DNA from: Paraphysomonas bandaiensis
Lineage: Eukaryota > Protista > Chrysophyceae
DNA length: 64,000 nucleotides
Direction of reading: 5' to 3'
NCBI GenBank assembly: GCA_965644295.1
Contig: CBFFRP010000277.1
Span: 1-64,000, forward strand
Positions 39,638 to 52,261 of the stretch are shown piece after piece. The position numbers were made by a program, and so were the translations under genes. Below the pieces are notes generated by a model. It ran no database searches. It saw nothing but the letters and a program-made list of their open reading frames with translations, and had not been told where the DNA came from. Position 1 is the first letter of the stretch. Each line of letters begins with the position of its first letter.

Positions 39638-41370
39638 ATGCGGGTATTAACTTTCGCAGCAGCTATAGTGGGGCTTTGCTCTGCTTCTATTCGAGATAAG
39701 TTAATCTTCTCGGAAACCTTTGACGACGAAGATGTATTCTCATCTGGGAAGTGGGTTAAAAGTTCAAATGAGAAGTATAGAGATCAGCCAGTGATGATAA
39801 AGCCTGCTATTGGAGCACCACCTGAATTATCAGATGATAAGGGGGTGGAGCTGACCCAGGAAATGAAGGTCAAGATATAGTAGTGTATTGTTTTTGCTCT
39901 TAACACTTCCAAATAGTTTTATGGGTTCGGCGCGGAATTTGCAGAACCTATAGTGGTTAAAGATAGCGACTTCGTTGTCCAGTATGAGGTCAAAGTAGAA
40001 CACTTTCAGTGTGGTGGTGCCTATGTGAAGCTTCTTCGTTCTGGCGACAACTTCAGCATGGAAAACCTTGATAACAACTCTCCCTACACTATTATGTTTG
40101 GCCCTGACCGTTGCGGGTCAAACAACAAAGTTCACTTTATCCTTCAGCACCAGAGCCCTATTACACAGGAATGGGAGGAAAAACATTTTGAGGATGCTCC
40201 TGCAGCGAAAGTAGACAAGAACACTCACCTCTACACTCTTGTAGTACGCAAGGACAACTCCTTCGAAATGTACATCGATAAAGAACTTCAGAGCAAGGGT
40301 AATCTATTGTCATCTATGACCCCATCCGTCAACCCCCCTGCGACTATCGACGATCCCACAGACCATAAGCCTGCGGACTGGGTGGATGAGGCGAAAATCC
40401 CTGACCCGGAGGCTACCAAGCCGGAGGACTGGGATGAAACCCAACCAGCCATGATTCCGGATCCTGATGCCAAGAAGCCGGAGGGTTGGTTGGATGATGC
40501 TCCTCTTCAAATCCCTGACCCTGAGGCTGATAGACCAGAGGACTGGGATGATGACGAGGTGACTATGGTCAATCTGGTATGATATTACTCTTTATGACCA
40601 TTCACAGGATGGTGAGTGGGAAGCTCCTGTCGTTCCAAACCCTGCATGTGAAGCGGCCGGATGCGGTCCCTGGTCACCCCCAAAGATTCACAACCCTCTT
40701 TACAAAGGAAAGTGGTCTGCCCCTATGATTGACAACCCCGACTACATAGGTGTGTTTAGAACCATAATATCCTTCATTTCTGAATGTGGTCATATGCGTA
40801 GGCGAATGGCAACCGAAGCAGATCCCTAACCCGAACTTCTTTGAAGATCTGCGCCCAGCTGATATGGCCCCTATGGCAGGTATTGCGGTGGAAGTATGGA
40901 CCACAAACAGCGGTATCCACTTCGACAACTTCGCCATTGCCTCTTCTCTGGAGGACGCATTTGCCTTTGCCGACGAAACGTTTGTTGTTAAGGAGACTGC
41001 TGAGAAGGCTGCGGATGTGAGGGCCAAAGAAGAGGCTCGTAAGAGAAGCAGAGAAGAGAAGTTGGCTGAGGGGGGCTTCACCAATATTGTTTCCGTGTAC
41101 GCGGCAGAGGCTATCGAGTTCCTCGCTCAACAACCGCCTGCTGCCATCGCTGGGACTGTTGTTGTGCTTCTGGCCACTTTATATTTCCTTCTTCCCTCTA
41201 AAACCCAAGAACGGGCCCAGGCCCCTTCAAGCGAAAGTGAATCGAAAGAGGAAGTAAAAGCCAGTGAGGCCGAGGATGAAAGCTCTAAAGCGGAAGACAG
41301 CGATGAAGACGATGAGGACGAGAAGACCTCTAGGTCTGCGTCGAAACGCAAGACAAGAAAAGCAGATTAA
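39638..41370 (+). CDS. CANX: Calnexin
   Basis: VVQYEVK...[19 protein letters not shown]-domain repeats KPEDWDE/IPDPEA, TM, acidic tail ending RKTRKAD. 3 introns. Confidence 0.97.
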
Positions 41371-42185
41371 GTCTTGATGATTGTACAACTGGGTAACTTT
41401 GTTACAGCTCGTAAGAATAGATTAGAAGTCTTTTTAAAGATAATCGACTTCATATTCGATGATACAAGCATGAGAAGTTATCCGTTGACACTAGTAATAA
41501 TTAATTCAATTATTTTAGCCTTTTATAGTAATTTTATTCGATAATAGTACCTCAGTTACTAGTTTCTGTGTCGAAAGATCCGCGTTGTGGCAATCAAGAA
41601 GGAGTGTATATACAATATGTAGTTTTGTATATTGCAAGCACTGGTTGTATATCTGTAAACTTTTTTGTATTCGCTCAGTACGCAGCTCACTTCAAAACTA
41701 TGAACATAAATTCAAGTGAAACCCGTGACGCCTCCGCTAGCACACTAGGACACCCACATGCAATGATACCCATATTTTCGTCAGTTGAATATCCCTATTT
41801 ATACAACTCAAAAATCCAAATGAAACCGTGTTTTATTTTTTAATTGTTTTGAAATTTAATAATCAAAGAGACAAAACAGTTAGTAAAGAATAGAAATTCT
41901 TGCAATAGGGTTTCATTCATCTTTACAAAGAGGTACTAATAATTGCTAAAAAAACGACAAGTAGACTAAAATTTAGCATATATAGCTGTAATTTTGTGTC
42001 GGTTTTAGAAACTTATAATAAAATTAGTGTGTTATACTAACGTAAAATAAAAAATACGGCAAATTCATAATGTGGCGTATTAAAAAAGTAAGCACCACAA
42101 TTAGACGTAGGCTTATGGATGCGTTTCTTCAAATATATGATGAACTTACGTAGCGTCATTGAGCGAAGATATTTTCATAATCGAT

Positions 42186-42656
42186 TCACTGATACTATAT
42201 TAGAAGACGTTTTATACTAGAATTATCGGACGCTTACCTCAGCTGCCGGCAGTTTGACATTGCATTCTCTTGTAAGTCTTCCAGTGAGTCCTTTTTTCTT
42301 ACACATTCTTCAAGCAGTGTCTCCGCGTCATAACTTATTTCAGAAGCCAGTTCTTCACAGCGCTGAATTTTCTAATTTGCAGTACAACTCTCACTGTATA
42401 TGTCGCTATATGAACAATATTACCTGACAAAAATCCATCGCCAAACCTGTATATCATACATGTGATAATGCATGTAATAATACAACAACTCACCATGCGA
42501 GTCCGTAAGATATGCGTTCATGATAACGCCCAGTGCTGATGCCTCCATATCACTGTGCTGATCAAACTCGTCATCATCTGTACTGGATTCAACTGGAGAT
42601 TTTACAGGGTCATTATTTCCCTCGAACGATGTCCTTTGTCTCTTCTCAGCAGACAT
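42186..42656 (-). CDS. Hypothetical multi-exon protein (may extend upstream through 42736-42985)
   Basis: ORF MSAEKRQRTS... continues through short GT-AG-bounded exons. No family recognised. Confidence 0.4.
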
Positions 42657-43379
42657 GAGTGCAGTTGAATGCTATAATCTAGTCTTAATCTCTTATATTA
42701 GACAGCGACATATGACAGATGCTGGTAACTACATGTCACTTATTACAATAGTACTCCACAGCTACTTCATCTGTTCCGCCTCGAATAGTATTCATCATGA
42801 CGGCATTAGAGTCTGTTGATTGGACGGAAGTGAAGGCTACCTTCTCGTGGAGTGTTCGATTTATGAACTTTCTTTCTTCCATGACTTCGTGTCGTATCGG
42901 CATCCTTTGTATATTTTTGTTCAAAGATGTCTCTAATATTGAGTCAACAATTATCTGTATTCCAGCCGTAGTTGTACTCCAGTAATATAGAGTATTTTTG
43001 ATTCAATTTATTCCCGAAAAATTAGATGCTGACTGCCGATACGGTCGCCTTTGGACTGATATAATGATGAACTAGACTACGAAGAACTACCGTCAATTTA
43101 GTCATGTATACCCTCCGTCCGTATACACATGCTGCTGTATACTACTGTATATCTAGATATGATAAGAAGCCCCACTGCATCGTAGCTGGTGTGTGTGTTT
43201 GCTGGTGTGTGTAGGATTCATACCAAGATCCTCTACGAGTGTCTGCTAAGAATAATTAGAGTTCACTCCTATCTACTTTGTACTCATTTTTTCATCCTGA
43301 CTGCGTCCTTTCTCTTCATGCCCCTTGATAATATCGTATTCTAGGTCTAGATACATATACATATATATATAACTGCAAG

Positions 43380-44927
43380 ATGAATTGCAAGCTGTTGATT
43401 CATTTAATGCTCATATGCTCAAATGCACTGATCGGGACGGCTAGCGTTACAGGACGCATCAAGCATTTAATAGTGCTCATGTTGGAAAACAGGAGTTTCG
43501 ATCATATGTTGGGGTTTTTGAAGTCGATAAATAGTGACATAAACGGATGTCTGCCCGATGAGCCTGATTGTGATAATCCCATCAACCCACAAGATACGGG
43601 GTCAGAAACTGTTACTGTCGATGATACCGCCATAAATGTTCAAGTCGATCCTCACCACTCAATATCATGGACCACAGCACAGATATATGGCACGAATAAC
43701 GACCAACTACCTGCAACTATGGATGGTTTTATATCAGCCTATGCTGATGAGTTTCCTGATTCTCCGTCTAAAGGAAATGATATCATGAAGTGCTTTTCCC
43801 CTGAACATTTGCCTATACTGACCAACTTATCCTTGGAATACGGAGTGTTTGACGGGTGGTTCGCATCTGTTCCTGGTCCGACAATGGTGAATAGGGCATA
43901 TGCTGCCAGTGCAACTAGTAACGGAATGGGAACTAACGACGTGGAAGTTATAGCTCGTGGTATGCCTCAAAAGACAATGTTCAAGCAAATGCGCGAAATG
44001 GGGTTAGACTATCGAGTGTATTTTCAGGACATACCACATGTGTTAATGTTCGATGATATGCGAGAACCCGAAGCACTCCAAAAGTATCGGCTATTAGATT
44101 CACTGTATAGTGACCTGGAAGAAGGAAACCTTCCAGAGTTTGTTTGGATTGAGCCGGCATACCTAAATTCCGACACTCAAATGTCTACTGATCAGCATCC
44201 CGATCACGATGTGTCTTTAGGAGAATCGTTAATACGAGATATTTACGAAGCTCTACGAGCCTCTGTATTGTGGGAGGATTCTGCTCTATTGATTACGTAC
44301 GATGAACATGGTGGCTTTTTTGATCACGTTCCTCCACCCACGGGTGTTCCGAACCCTGATGGAAAAAACGCGACTGACGACCCATTTGACTTTACACGAA
44401 TAGGTGTACGAGTACCAGCTGTCTTGATCTCCCCTTGGGTTCGGAGAGGATCCGTATATCATGCTGCCTGGACCCCTGCGTCCGCAATGTCACCAGGTGC
44501 CTCTGCGGATCGTTCACATCATATTTTACACCAGCACAACGCCCCGAGTCAGTATGAGCACTCCAGCATTATCTCCACAGCTGTGCATGAATTGTTTCCC
44601 CCTAGCGCTGGGTACCCCTCACCAGAATACTTGACGAAGCGTGACGAGTGGGCACTGTCATTTGGCTGGGTTTTTGATGAACTGGATGTAGTCCGCACAG
44701 ACTGCCCTGAAAAGTTGCCTGCCGTGTATAACGCAACCAAGACTTCTCAACTCCCACAGCAAGATGGAAGTGCTCAGCTGTCTGATTTGCAACAGGAATT
44801 GCTGGCTTTAGCAGCTGGAGTGGACGGGAACATTACGATGGTCCTTGAGGATAAGTCGTCATGGACTGAGCGTGAAGCTGCAGCCTATATTAAGCGCGTA
44901 ATTGAAAACAGAGTTCTATTTCTTTGA
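43380..44927 (+). CDS. Non-specific phospholipase C / phosphoesterase family, secreted, intronless
   Basis: Signal peptide; IKHLIVLMLENRSFDHMLG, WFASVPGPTMVNR, DQHPDHDV, ITYDEHGGFFDHVPPP, RIGVRVPA, YEHSSI. Confidence 0.95.
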   Translation: MNCKLLIHLMLICSNALIGTASVTGRIKHLIVLMLENRSFDHMLGFLKSINSDINGCLPDEPDCDNPINPQDTGSETVTVDDTAINVQVDPHHSISWTTAQIYGTNNDQLPATMDGFISAYADEFPDSPSKGNDIMKCFSPEHLPILTNLSLEYGVFDGWFASVPGPTMVNRAYAASATSNGMGTNDVEVIARGMPQKTMFKQMREMGLDYRVYFQDIPHVLMFDDMREPEALQKYRLLDSLYSDLEEGNLPEFVWIEPAYLNSDTQMSTDQHPDHDVSLGESLIRDIYEALRASVLWEDSALLITYDEHGGFFDHVPPPTGVPNPDGKNATDDPFDFTRIGVRVPAVLISPWVRRGSVYHAAWTPASAMSPGASADRSHHILHQHNAPSQYEHSSIISTAVHELFPPSAGYPSPEYLTKRDEWALSFGWVFDELDVVRTDCPEKLPAVYNATKTSQLPQQDGSAQLSDLQQELLALAAGVDGNITMVLEDKSSWTEREAAAYIKRVIENRVLFL

Positions 44928-45465
44928 ATGTGACTTGCGAATGGGTGGGCACATCAGTTTCATTATGCAGCCCACGACTTCTCATCAATATTGTTATTTT
45001 TATTTTATGAAATGATTAAGCCACATTATTAGCCAGGCTATATATTTCCAATTTAATACTTATTAAAATAATTATATATTTCATTATCAATGTGTTTCCG
45101 TGTTTTCGTAACAGATTTTTACCTCAATGGGTAATGGGTAGTCTTATATTACTATCATCGCATTCAGAGACTCATAAAAGTTAGATATTTGACGTCGGTA
45201 TATGACGTGAGTGAACTTGAACAAGACAGATATGTATGTATTTGTAATAAATGTCTGTTAAATTTTGCCGCATAGTATATATTGTGCAGTTGAAGGGAAC
45301 TAATAATGCGCGTGAAAGGTGAAACCAACCCAGAGTAGATAGTAGGATATAGGAAGGGTAAATATTCAGTTACTGATATATATCCACATCAGTGTAATAT
45401 ACTTATAAAATTGGAATTGTCAAAGTATGCCTAATGTTAATACGGTGATCATAAGATAAACAGAT

Positions 45466-45890
45466 GTAGTAAATGTCTAATTATTAACAAAATAGGCGTG
45501 TAAGAGTCAGAACTATTTAAGTAACTAGCGCTTAACTCTGACAGCCTACTAATTTGTGCCACGAAAGCTGCTTGTGCGTTACCGCAAGTACGAAGGTGCA
45601 ACCACTTCTGCTCTCTGTCCTTTATGTGACCCAGCCCAGATGCTTGACTTCAGTAGGCAGCCCTTGAGGGGGGGGGCATTCCCGGATATCTGTTTATTCG
45701 TCAAGGACCAAAGACGTCTACACACGTGTCCCTGGTACCTGGTACCACACAAGCATTTGGCTATGAGTGGGCAGAACAATACCTGCTGACTGACTATGTA
45801 TGCGGCTCACGTTAGTTTATCGGAGATATATCACCGGTAATTATTCCCCAAAACACAACGAAAAAGTGTGAGTCGGACTTTGTTGAGGGA
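45466..45890 (-). mobile_element. Retro family copy 3 (subfamily A, ~425 bp, candidate non-autonomous element)
   Basis: 3' end AGACATTTACTAC (minus strand) and core at 45544-45612. Colinear with copy 7 along its length. No TSD found. Confidence 0.8.
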
Positions 45891-46858
45891 CATATGTAAA
45901 TGTTGCATAAAAACTGTGTGAAGCAACAGTTTTTTCTTTATAAGGTGCTTTGTATGTTACTATGTTACAAACAACACAACATCATATTGAAAGGTTAGAT
46001 GCGATAATACGTCCCTAACACGACCGTATATCTTTATCACATATTTAACTTATGTACTGTGTGTATAGTCTATGTGTTTTTATTGCAACCTTATAATCAC
46101 ACACACATCAAAGAAACAAAAATCAGTGTTATTGTTGAAGTAGCTCAAAGAACATTTGCAACATTTAGTAGGAACAAATAGAAAACTTAGTAGGTTTAAG
46201 AATGACACCGCGTGTTATAAAATAGAATTACGGAATTGTCATACTTCCCATACATGAATAGTACATCAAGGCTGTCTATTAATTCGTAGCAACAGCAAGA
46301 AAAAATTGCAATTATAGTTAACTTCAACTTGCGTCGTCAATTAATTGACAACTAATTGATACGCATTAACTTTCACGGGCATTAATTCTGCGTGTAGTCA
46401 TATAGATCATTAAGTCAAATAGCTACTAGCTTATCCCTAAACTTAATAGAATCGGAAGATTATCTAAATCATGGAAGACTCTTGTGTTGCATATCGCTAC
46501 GATTCCAAAACTCAGAGTCAAAATTCAATGGCATCATGTATCACTGAGTTTTAGAGAGTGCGCATTATACTTAGGGTATTGGGAGTATAGCAACAATTTG
46601 ACAAAGTTTATTAGCCATTACGATGCAAGCACAGAGTTTTCATACGATAACTGAATTAAAGAATTAACCACATTATAATCAATATAGAGCGCGAATGCAG
46701 TTCTCACTGAACAACGAGAAACATATAGCACCACCAAATTCCCTGCGATTGCATCAACAGCGAGAAGTGATAACGTATGATCCCTTTCAGAAAGCTACAA
46801 TTGCACACCCCTGTCAGGGAAGTCGACTATACTTTTGTATACCCGGAAATGCAGCAAG

Positions 46859-47698
46859 CTATATATCACTGGAAACAACAGAACGAATAGCTCGTTTCGT
46901 TGCTTTGATGGGTAGCCCTCGGATTGAGTCAAGCTCCCCCTCTATGCGATCAACATATTGGACAAAATCCGCGTCTTCAATTAGGAATGCCCCCGCACTG
47001 TGGTATATCATATCCTTGGTAGCCAGCAAATGTTCCACAGCATCATCAGGAATACCGCTCCAGTGAATAGTGGAAATATCGACCTCGGCACTCTGACGAC
47101 CGGTGGGAACATGTGTGGCGACCACTGCACTGACAGTCTGCACGATCTTACCTTCTTGGTAGGACAATAGGAACTCCCGGGCCTCATCTTCATTAGCTGG
47201 TTTACCCCTTACTTCTCTCTCAAAGAGTACAATTTGATCTGAAGTAATGATAACAGTCGGAGTAGTCGTACCATGAACCTCACCCAGGATGGATGTCGCC
47301 TTCGCTTTGGCAATCAAGACAGGCAGTCTAAAGGGATCTCCACACGATACTGACTTCTCATCAATACTAGGATGAATACAACGAAAATCCCAGCCTAGTT
47401 CTCGGAGAATATCAGCCCTAGCGACCGAGGAGCTCCCTAATATAATCTCTAAATCTTCTGGAGGGTTCCAGTATTCTATGCTGTCCTCGGATATTTTTTT
47501 ACTACGTTTACGTCTCAATTTCTTTGAACAGGGAGAGAGCAATTTATCAGTGGGTGAAGATGGGTAATCTTTGGCTGCTACTTGTTTAGCAAAATTTGTA
47601 GCAAGACCAAATGGCATTTTAGTATCAGGGTCATACTTTGACATCTTCTTCGCGTCAGGGGGAGAGATAGGCGGTCTACCGTCACCTTTAGCCTCCAT
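46859..47698 (-). CDS. maf: Maf-like nucleoside triphosphate pyrophosphatase with N-terminal Spo12-like motif
   Basis: IILGSSSVARADIL, IDEKS, AKAKA, IITSDQIV...RGKP, SAGAF.IE, DSIRGLP. N-terminal SSPTDKLLSPCSKKL. Confidence 0.92.
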   Translation of the reverse strand: MEAKGDGRPPISPPDAKKMSKYDPDTKMPFGLATNFAKQVAAKDYPSSPTDKLLSPCSKKLRRKRSKKISEDSIEYWNPPEDLEIILGSSSVARADILRELGWDFRCIHPSIDEKSVSCGDPFRLPVLIAKAKATSILGEVHGTTTPTVIITSDQIVLFEREVRGKPANEDEAREFLLSYQEGKIVQTVSAVVATHVPTGRQSAEVDISTIHWSGIPDDAVEHLLATKDMIYHSAGAFLIEDADFVQYVDRIEGELDSIRGLPIKATKRAIRSVVSSDI

Positions 47699-48245
47699 CA
47701 CCTTTTACCTAACAATAAATAACCACAGAGATGAGTTTTATTTCAAAACACAGCCTCCTTAGTGCTGTGGATAGTAGGAGGGGGAGGTAACAGAGCACTG
47801 CCAAGTGTGGTCTGATATTAATAAAATAAAATAAAATCACTGCATTTATTTTTGGGGATCATTTTCTGTGAACTATTCAAACGAATCTTAAACAGACAAA
47901 TGAAATTATTCTTTAGAAGGAAGTGGTTTCATACGGTAGTGTGGCATATACAGGTAGACGGATACTGCTGCTGCTGCTGCTTTGCTGTACATCTACTTTT
48001 CCATTTACTACAGCCTGTAGTTTGTACCCTACAGTGTATGGATTCTTCCGTTGAGTGACGAAAAAAAAACTGAAGAGACTGTGAGTTCGTAGTTAATGTA
48101 CACATACATATATATGAGCACTGGATGGGATCACAGGCTGTTAAGGAGGCAGCTCTGGCTACAGTGTCATTCCGACTGCTCTCTATCATGATTCATAACC
48201 CTAAGATTCTATAGATCATCGGGGATATATTGCGATAGAGCAAAC

Positions 48246-50018
48246 ATGCTTCTAGTCCTCTTAGCAGTGTGTGTGTGTGTAGTTGAGTGTGTGTGGATGA
48301 AATATGACTATCAGGTATCATCACAGTTTACGAAACCCTTTCAGATCATTAACAGTGCTCATGGTAATGGACCAACGTTACCCGAAGGCGCAATGTTTGG
48401 CTTTTCAGTTGCCAATTTGGGCGATCTCAATGGTGACAGTGTTGAGGACTTTGTTGTCGGAGCAATCGGGGAGTCGTGCAGTGATGATGATGGTGCAGAG
48501 TTAGTCAGATGTGGGGCTGTTTATATTCTTTTTATGAGACAAGGTGCATTAGTGGAGAGTCATGTGCGGATAACAAATCTACTTAATGGTGGACCCCAAT
48601 ACCTACAGGCTAATGACAATTTTGGCCATGGTGTGGCACCTGCCGGGGATGTGGACGGAGATGGTATTGTAGATCTAGTGGTAGGCGCTCCAGGTACCTA
48701 CACAGGTGGTTCTCTGTATGTCTTTTTCATGAATTCGAATGGCACTGCTAGAAGTCATACTCTCATTCGAGGGGCTGAAAACGGCAATGGACCTCCTGTG
48801 AAACATATGGGGAGGTTTGCAAGTTCCATGGCAAATATAGGTACAGTCCAATTGTACAAGCTGATTTTATCATAACTATTTCACTAATGATATTTATATA
48901 GGTGACCTTGATCTGGATGGAAAGGACGAAGTTGCTGTCGGCATGGCGGACTTTGCTTCAGGGAGAAGTCGAGTGTATATTTTATCGTTTCACACTAATG
49001 GCACGGTCAGCACCTATAAAGAGCTCATTCTCCAGAAATTTGACGGATCAGTATATACCCCTCTAATCAACACTGATTTTGGATATGCGATAGCTAACGT
49101 AGGAGATATTAATGGTGATGGGATCGATGATGTCGCAGTTGGTGCTCGAAAGAACACAGACCCCAAAGGGGTTGTTGAGGGGGGGGCGATATACGTTTGC
49201 ATGATGAATACTAGCAAAGAAGTCCTAGATTTTAATATTCTCACTGATGCTTCACCTGAAGAGGCGAAGCATATAGCCCTTGAGGTATGTAGCTCGATGC
49301 CTTCACATATATACGTGGTGTATGTTTTTTTTTCTAGCATGTGTTTGATGTTCGCTTCACGTAGGCATATGACTGGTGTGGTGCTGGCATCGCTTCTATC
49401 GGCGACTTCAACAGAGACGACCTACGTGCCAGGTATCCCAACCGTGCACGCAAGCCGAGTGACCCACACTTTGGGCAACCATCTATTCCCGACATGGTTG
49501 TGGGGTGTCCGCAGACCGATTCGCTTGGTGACAGCGGCAAATACAAACTCTTCTTCATGGCGGAGGATGGCGTGCACTATGACACCATAGAGCCTCCCTA
49601 TAAGTACCCTGAAAGAGCGCCACAACTGCGGGCACAAGAGTCGTTTGGTGCGGCTATTGCGAAAATGTCAGATTTGGATGGAAACGGTCTGCAACAGTTC
49701 ATGATCGGAGCTCCTGGGGGTGTAGGAGAGTTTCCTGGTACAGGATCGCTTTATGTAATATTTCTCAGACGGCGTGCTCACCACCCTCCCTCCTTCAATG
49801 TACTTATGTACTGGCTGCAGATAATCGGCCCGCTGTTTGGACTGTGTATGTGCTGTATTATAGCAACTGTAGCTTTCTTCATATATTTCAGACGCAAACC
49901 GACCGATATTGAGTTAGCCGTCAAGAATGCTGGTTTAGAAATAGGACTTCAAAGAAAACGAGAAAAATTAGTTAAACCCGTTAAAGTAGCTGCAGTATAT
50001 TCTGATGATTATGAGTGA
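48246..50018 (+). CDS. FG-GAP repeat (integrin-alpha beta-propeller-like) type I membrane protein
   Basis: Signal peptide; repeats FGFSVANLGDLNGDSVEDFVVGA, FGHGVAPAGDVDGDGIVDLVVGAP, FGYAIANVGDINGDGIDDVAVGA; TM followed by YFRRK. 2 introns. Confidence 0.9.
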
Positions 50019-50096
50019 TAATAGCCGTTATTTTGTGGTATATGTATTTTTAGTTGTGCGTTTAGATAACTAATATGTGTTGTGACCTATATGCAT

Positions 50097-50452
50097 ATTG
50101 AATGTCTTTTTATTTAGCAATAGGCGTTAAAAACTCGTTCCGATATAGCGGCTAGTTGAATACTAGTCTACTAGTAAGCCTCTACCCATAACTAATCAGC
50201 ACAAATTCAATTATCCTACTATTTAACGCTACAGAAGCTGCTTGTGCGTCGCCGCAATCACCAAGGTGCAACCACTTCCGTTCTTGATGTTGTGTGTGAG
50301 TTCGCCCTGCTCGTGTGTCTGAGGACTCACTGGCGCGTGTTGTCCGGGGGTCTCCCCTTGGGATACGGTTCCGCCTGGCTCTGAGGTACCGGGTTCTGTA
50401 TTAAGGTCCTGAGTGTACCGAGCACTAGATGTGTGGACTGAGAGGTTGATGA
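50097..50452 (-). mobile_element. Retro family copy 4 (subfamily B, 5'-truncated) with perfect 71-bp TSD
   Basis: 50026-50096 is identical to 50453-50523. The minus strand encodes ...PKGRPPDNTRQ*, then the core (50213-50281) and 3' end AGACATTCAAT. Homologous to copy 1 at 22808-23085. Confidence 0.9.
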
Positions 50453-51454
50453 CGTTATTTTGTGGTATATGTATTTTTAGTTGTGCGTTTAGATAACTAA
50501 TATGTGTTGTGACCTATATGCATGTGGAAGTATTTGGATGCTTTTCTTTTATATTTAATTCAAGCTGCGTGTGTCCCCCATTCCGTGAGTGTATATCTAG
50601 GGCAGAACCTATTTGGCGGCTTCTGATAGCACAATGCTGAGGCTTGCAGATTGTAAGCAATGAAAAGCTGTAGTTTTTGTAGGTATTAGAATTATTACCG
50701 TTAATCGTAGAACACTGTATTATGAGAACTGATGTTGTGATAGTGACTAAAGACTATCATAATTGAAGCTTATTGTGAAGCTAAAATATATTTAATATTG
50801 ACCGTATAAGATCGTGGCTATCTAGAGCGTATGAAAATGATTGGTAGTTGATAGTTGAGATGCATAACATGAATTTGTCTAATGCCAATGAAGAATATGT
50901 AAGAATGATTATAATTTATATAATTTAAACATTGAGTGTATATCAACTTCAATTATTTAAGTTAAAATTGACACACTATACATTTGGTAGGCTACATGTC
51001 GCAGTAGTACTGTTGGTCAGAGTGGTGTCAATACAATTGCGATAGTGTTAGTGTTGTAATATATATCTACTATATAGTGAGAAAGCCACTCATAATTACA
51101 TCATAGTTAGAGTACTAATCACTCCATAACCGATTCCTCAGTGTGTGTATGTTATTCTGGAGCTTCCTTACAAAACAAAGCAAATACCTATATACCTAAC
51201 TTGTTTGTAGCTGCCCGAGGTTCTAGGATAATAGAGGTGGTGGCGTATAGCCGACACCATCATATAGCTCTCTGCATATTTTAATGTGAAGTTTATATCG
51301 AGCTCTATAAGTTCTGCGAGGAAACGCGGCAAACATCGCAATCGTAATAACCATCTCTCAGGTTATTTAATCAGGGCTGTGGGCACGCTGTTTGGACTCG
51401 ATGAGCCAGGTCTGAATACCCTAGTATCATACATACAATGAAGCAAAGGCCTCA

Positions 51455-52207
51455 GTAGTAAATGTCTTATTATTAGCAATAGGCGTGTAAAAGTCAAAAC
51501 TGTTGTAGTATTGCAATTAAACTACTGAAACTATTATTTAACTCTGATATCCTACTATTTAGCGCTACGAGAGCTGCTTGTGCTTTACCGCAAGCACCAA
51601 GGTGCAACCACTTGCAATCTATTACTCAAAGCAAACGCAGTGAGCAAGCAGAATGTTGGTACACCTAACTTTGAGCCCTTAAGTAAGTGTGAGAGCTGTC
51701 CACGGACGTTCGTGTAGTCCTTCAGTGTCAAGAGGCACGGTTAATAAGGGGGGCCCCTTTAAGGTGGCGGGGTCCACGAAGCATAAGGGAGAGTCAGAGT
51801 GATGTGAACGAACGATAGTGTTCCGAGTGAGATGGTGCGAGGTAGAGGCGTAGAGTCTGTAGAATCTGTATAGACTGCAGTGTATCTAAGTTGAACGTAA
51901 ATAGAGCTGGTGGAGTCTCCTACTCTGGGGTTCGCGTGGGGGGGGTGAGAGTGTTAGAGGAGTATAGGAAATATGTTCATTCACTCAACTGTTATTCTCT
52001 GTTGAGGCGCCATCGGGTCCGAAGTTGGCGGACTTATGGGTTGTGAGGGATACTTGGAGCCCGAATTTTGGAGGGTTGTTGGGTATAAGGCACAAACCAT
52101 CTAGTCGATCCTAAGAGTCGGAGGACCAGCAATTGTCTTCTTCGTCGGATTCGCTGCTTACTACGTTTTCTGGAAGAAAGTCTGGCTAGAACCCTCGATA
52201 CTGGGTT
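51455..52207 (-). mobile_element. Retro family copy 5 (divergent, 5'-truncated), imperfect ~35-40-bp TSD
   Basis: 3' end AGACATTTACTAC and core at ~51549-51613. Flanks are AATACCCTAGTATCA..CAATG.AGC.A.GGCC at 51415-51451 and 52208-52240. Confidence 0.8.
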
Positions 52208-52261
52208 AATACCCTAGTATCACGCAATGCAGCGAGGGCCGTTATCAACGATTAAACCATC

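Noticed and set aside
51011-51172. Solo LTR (TG...CA)
   Set aside because: No matching TSD and no second copy in the window.
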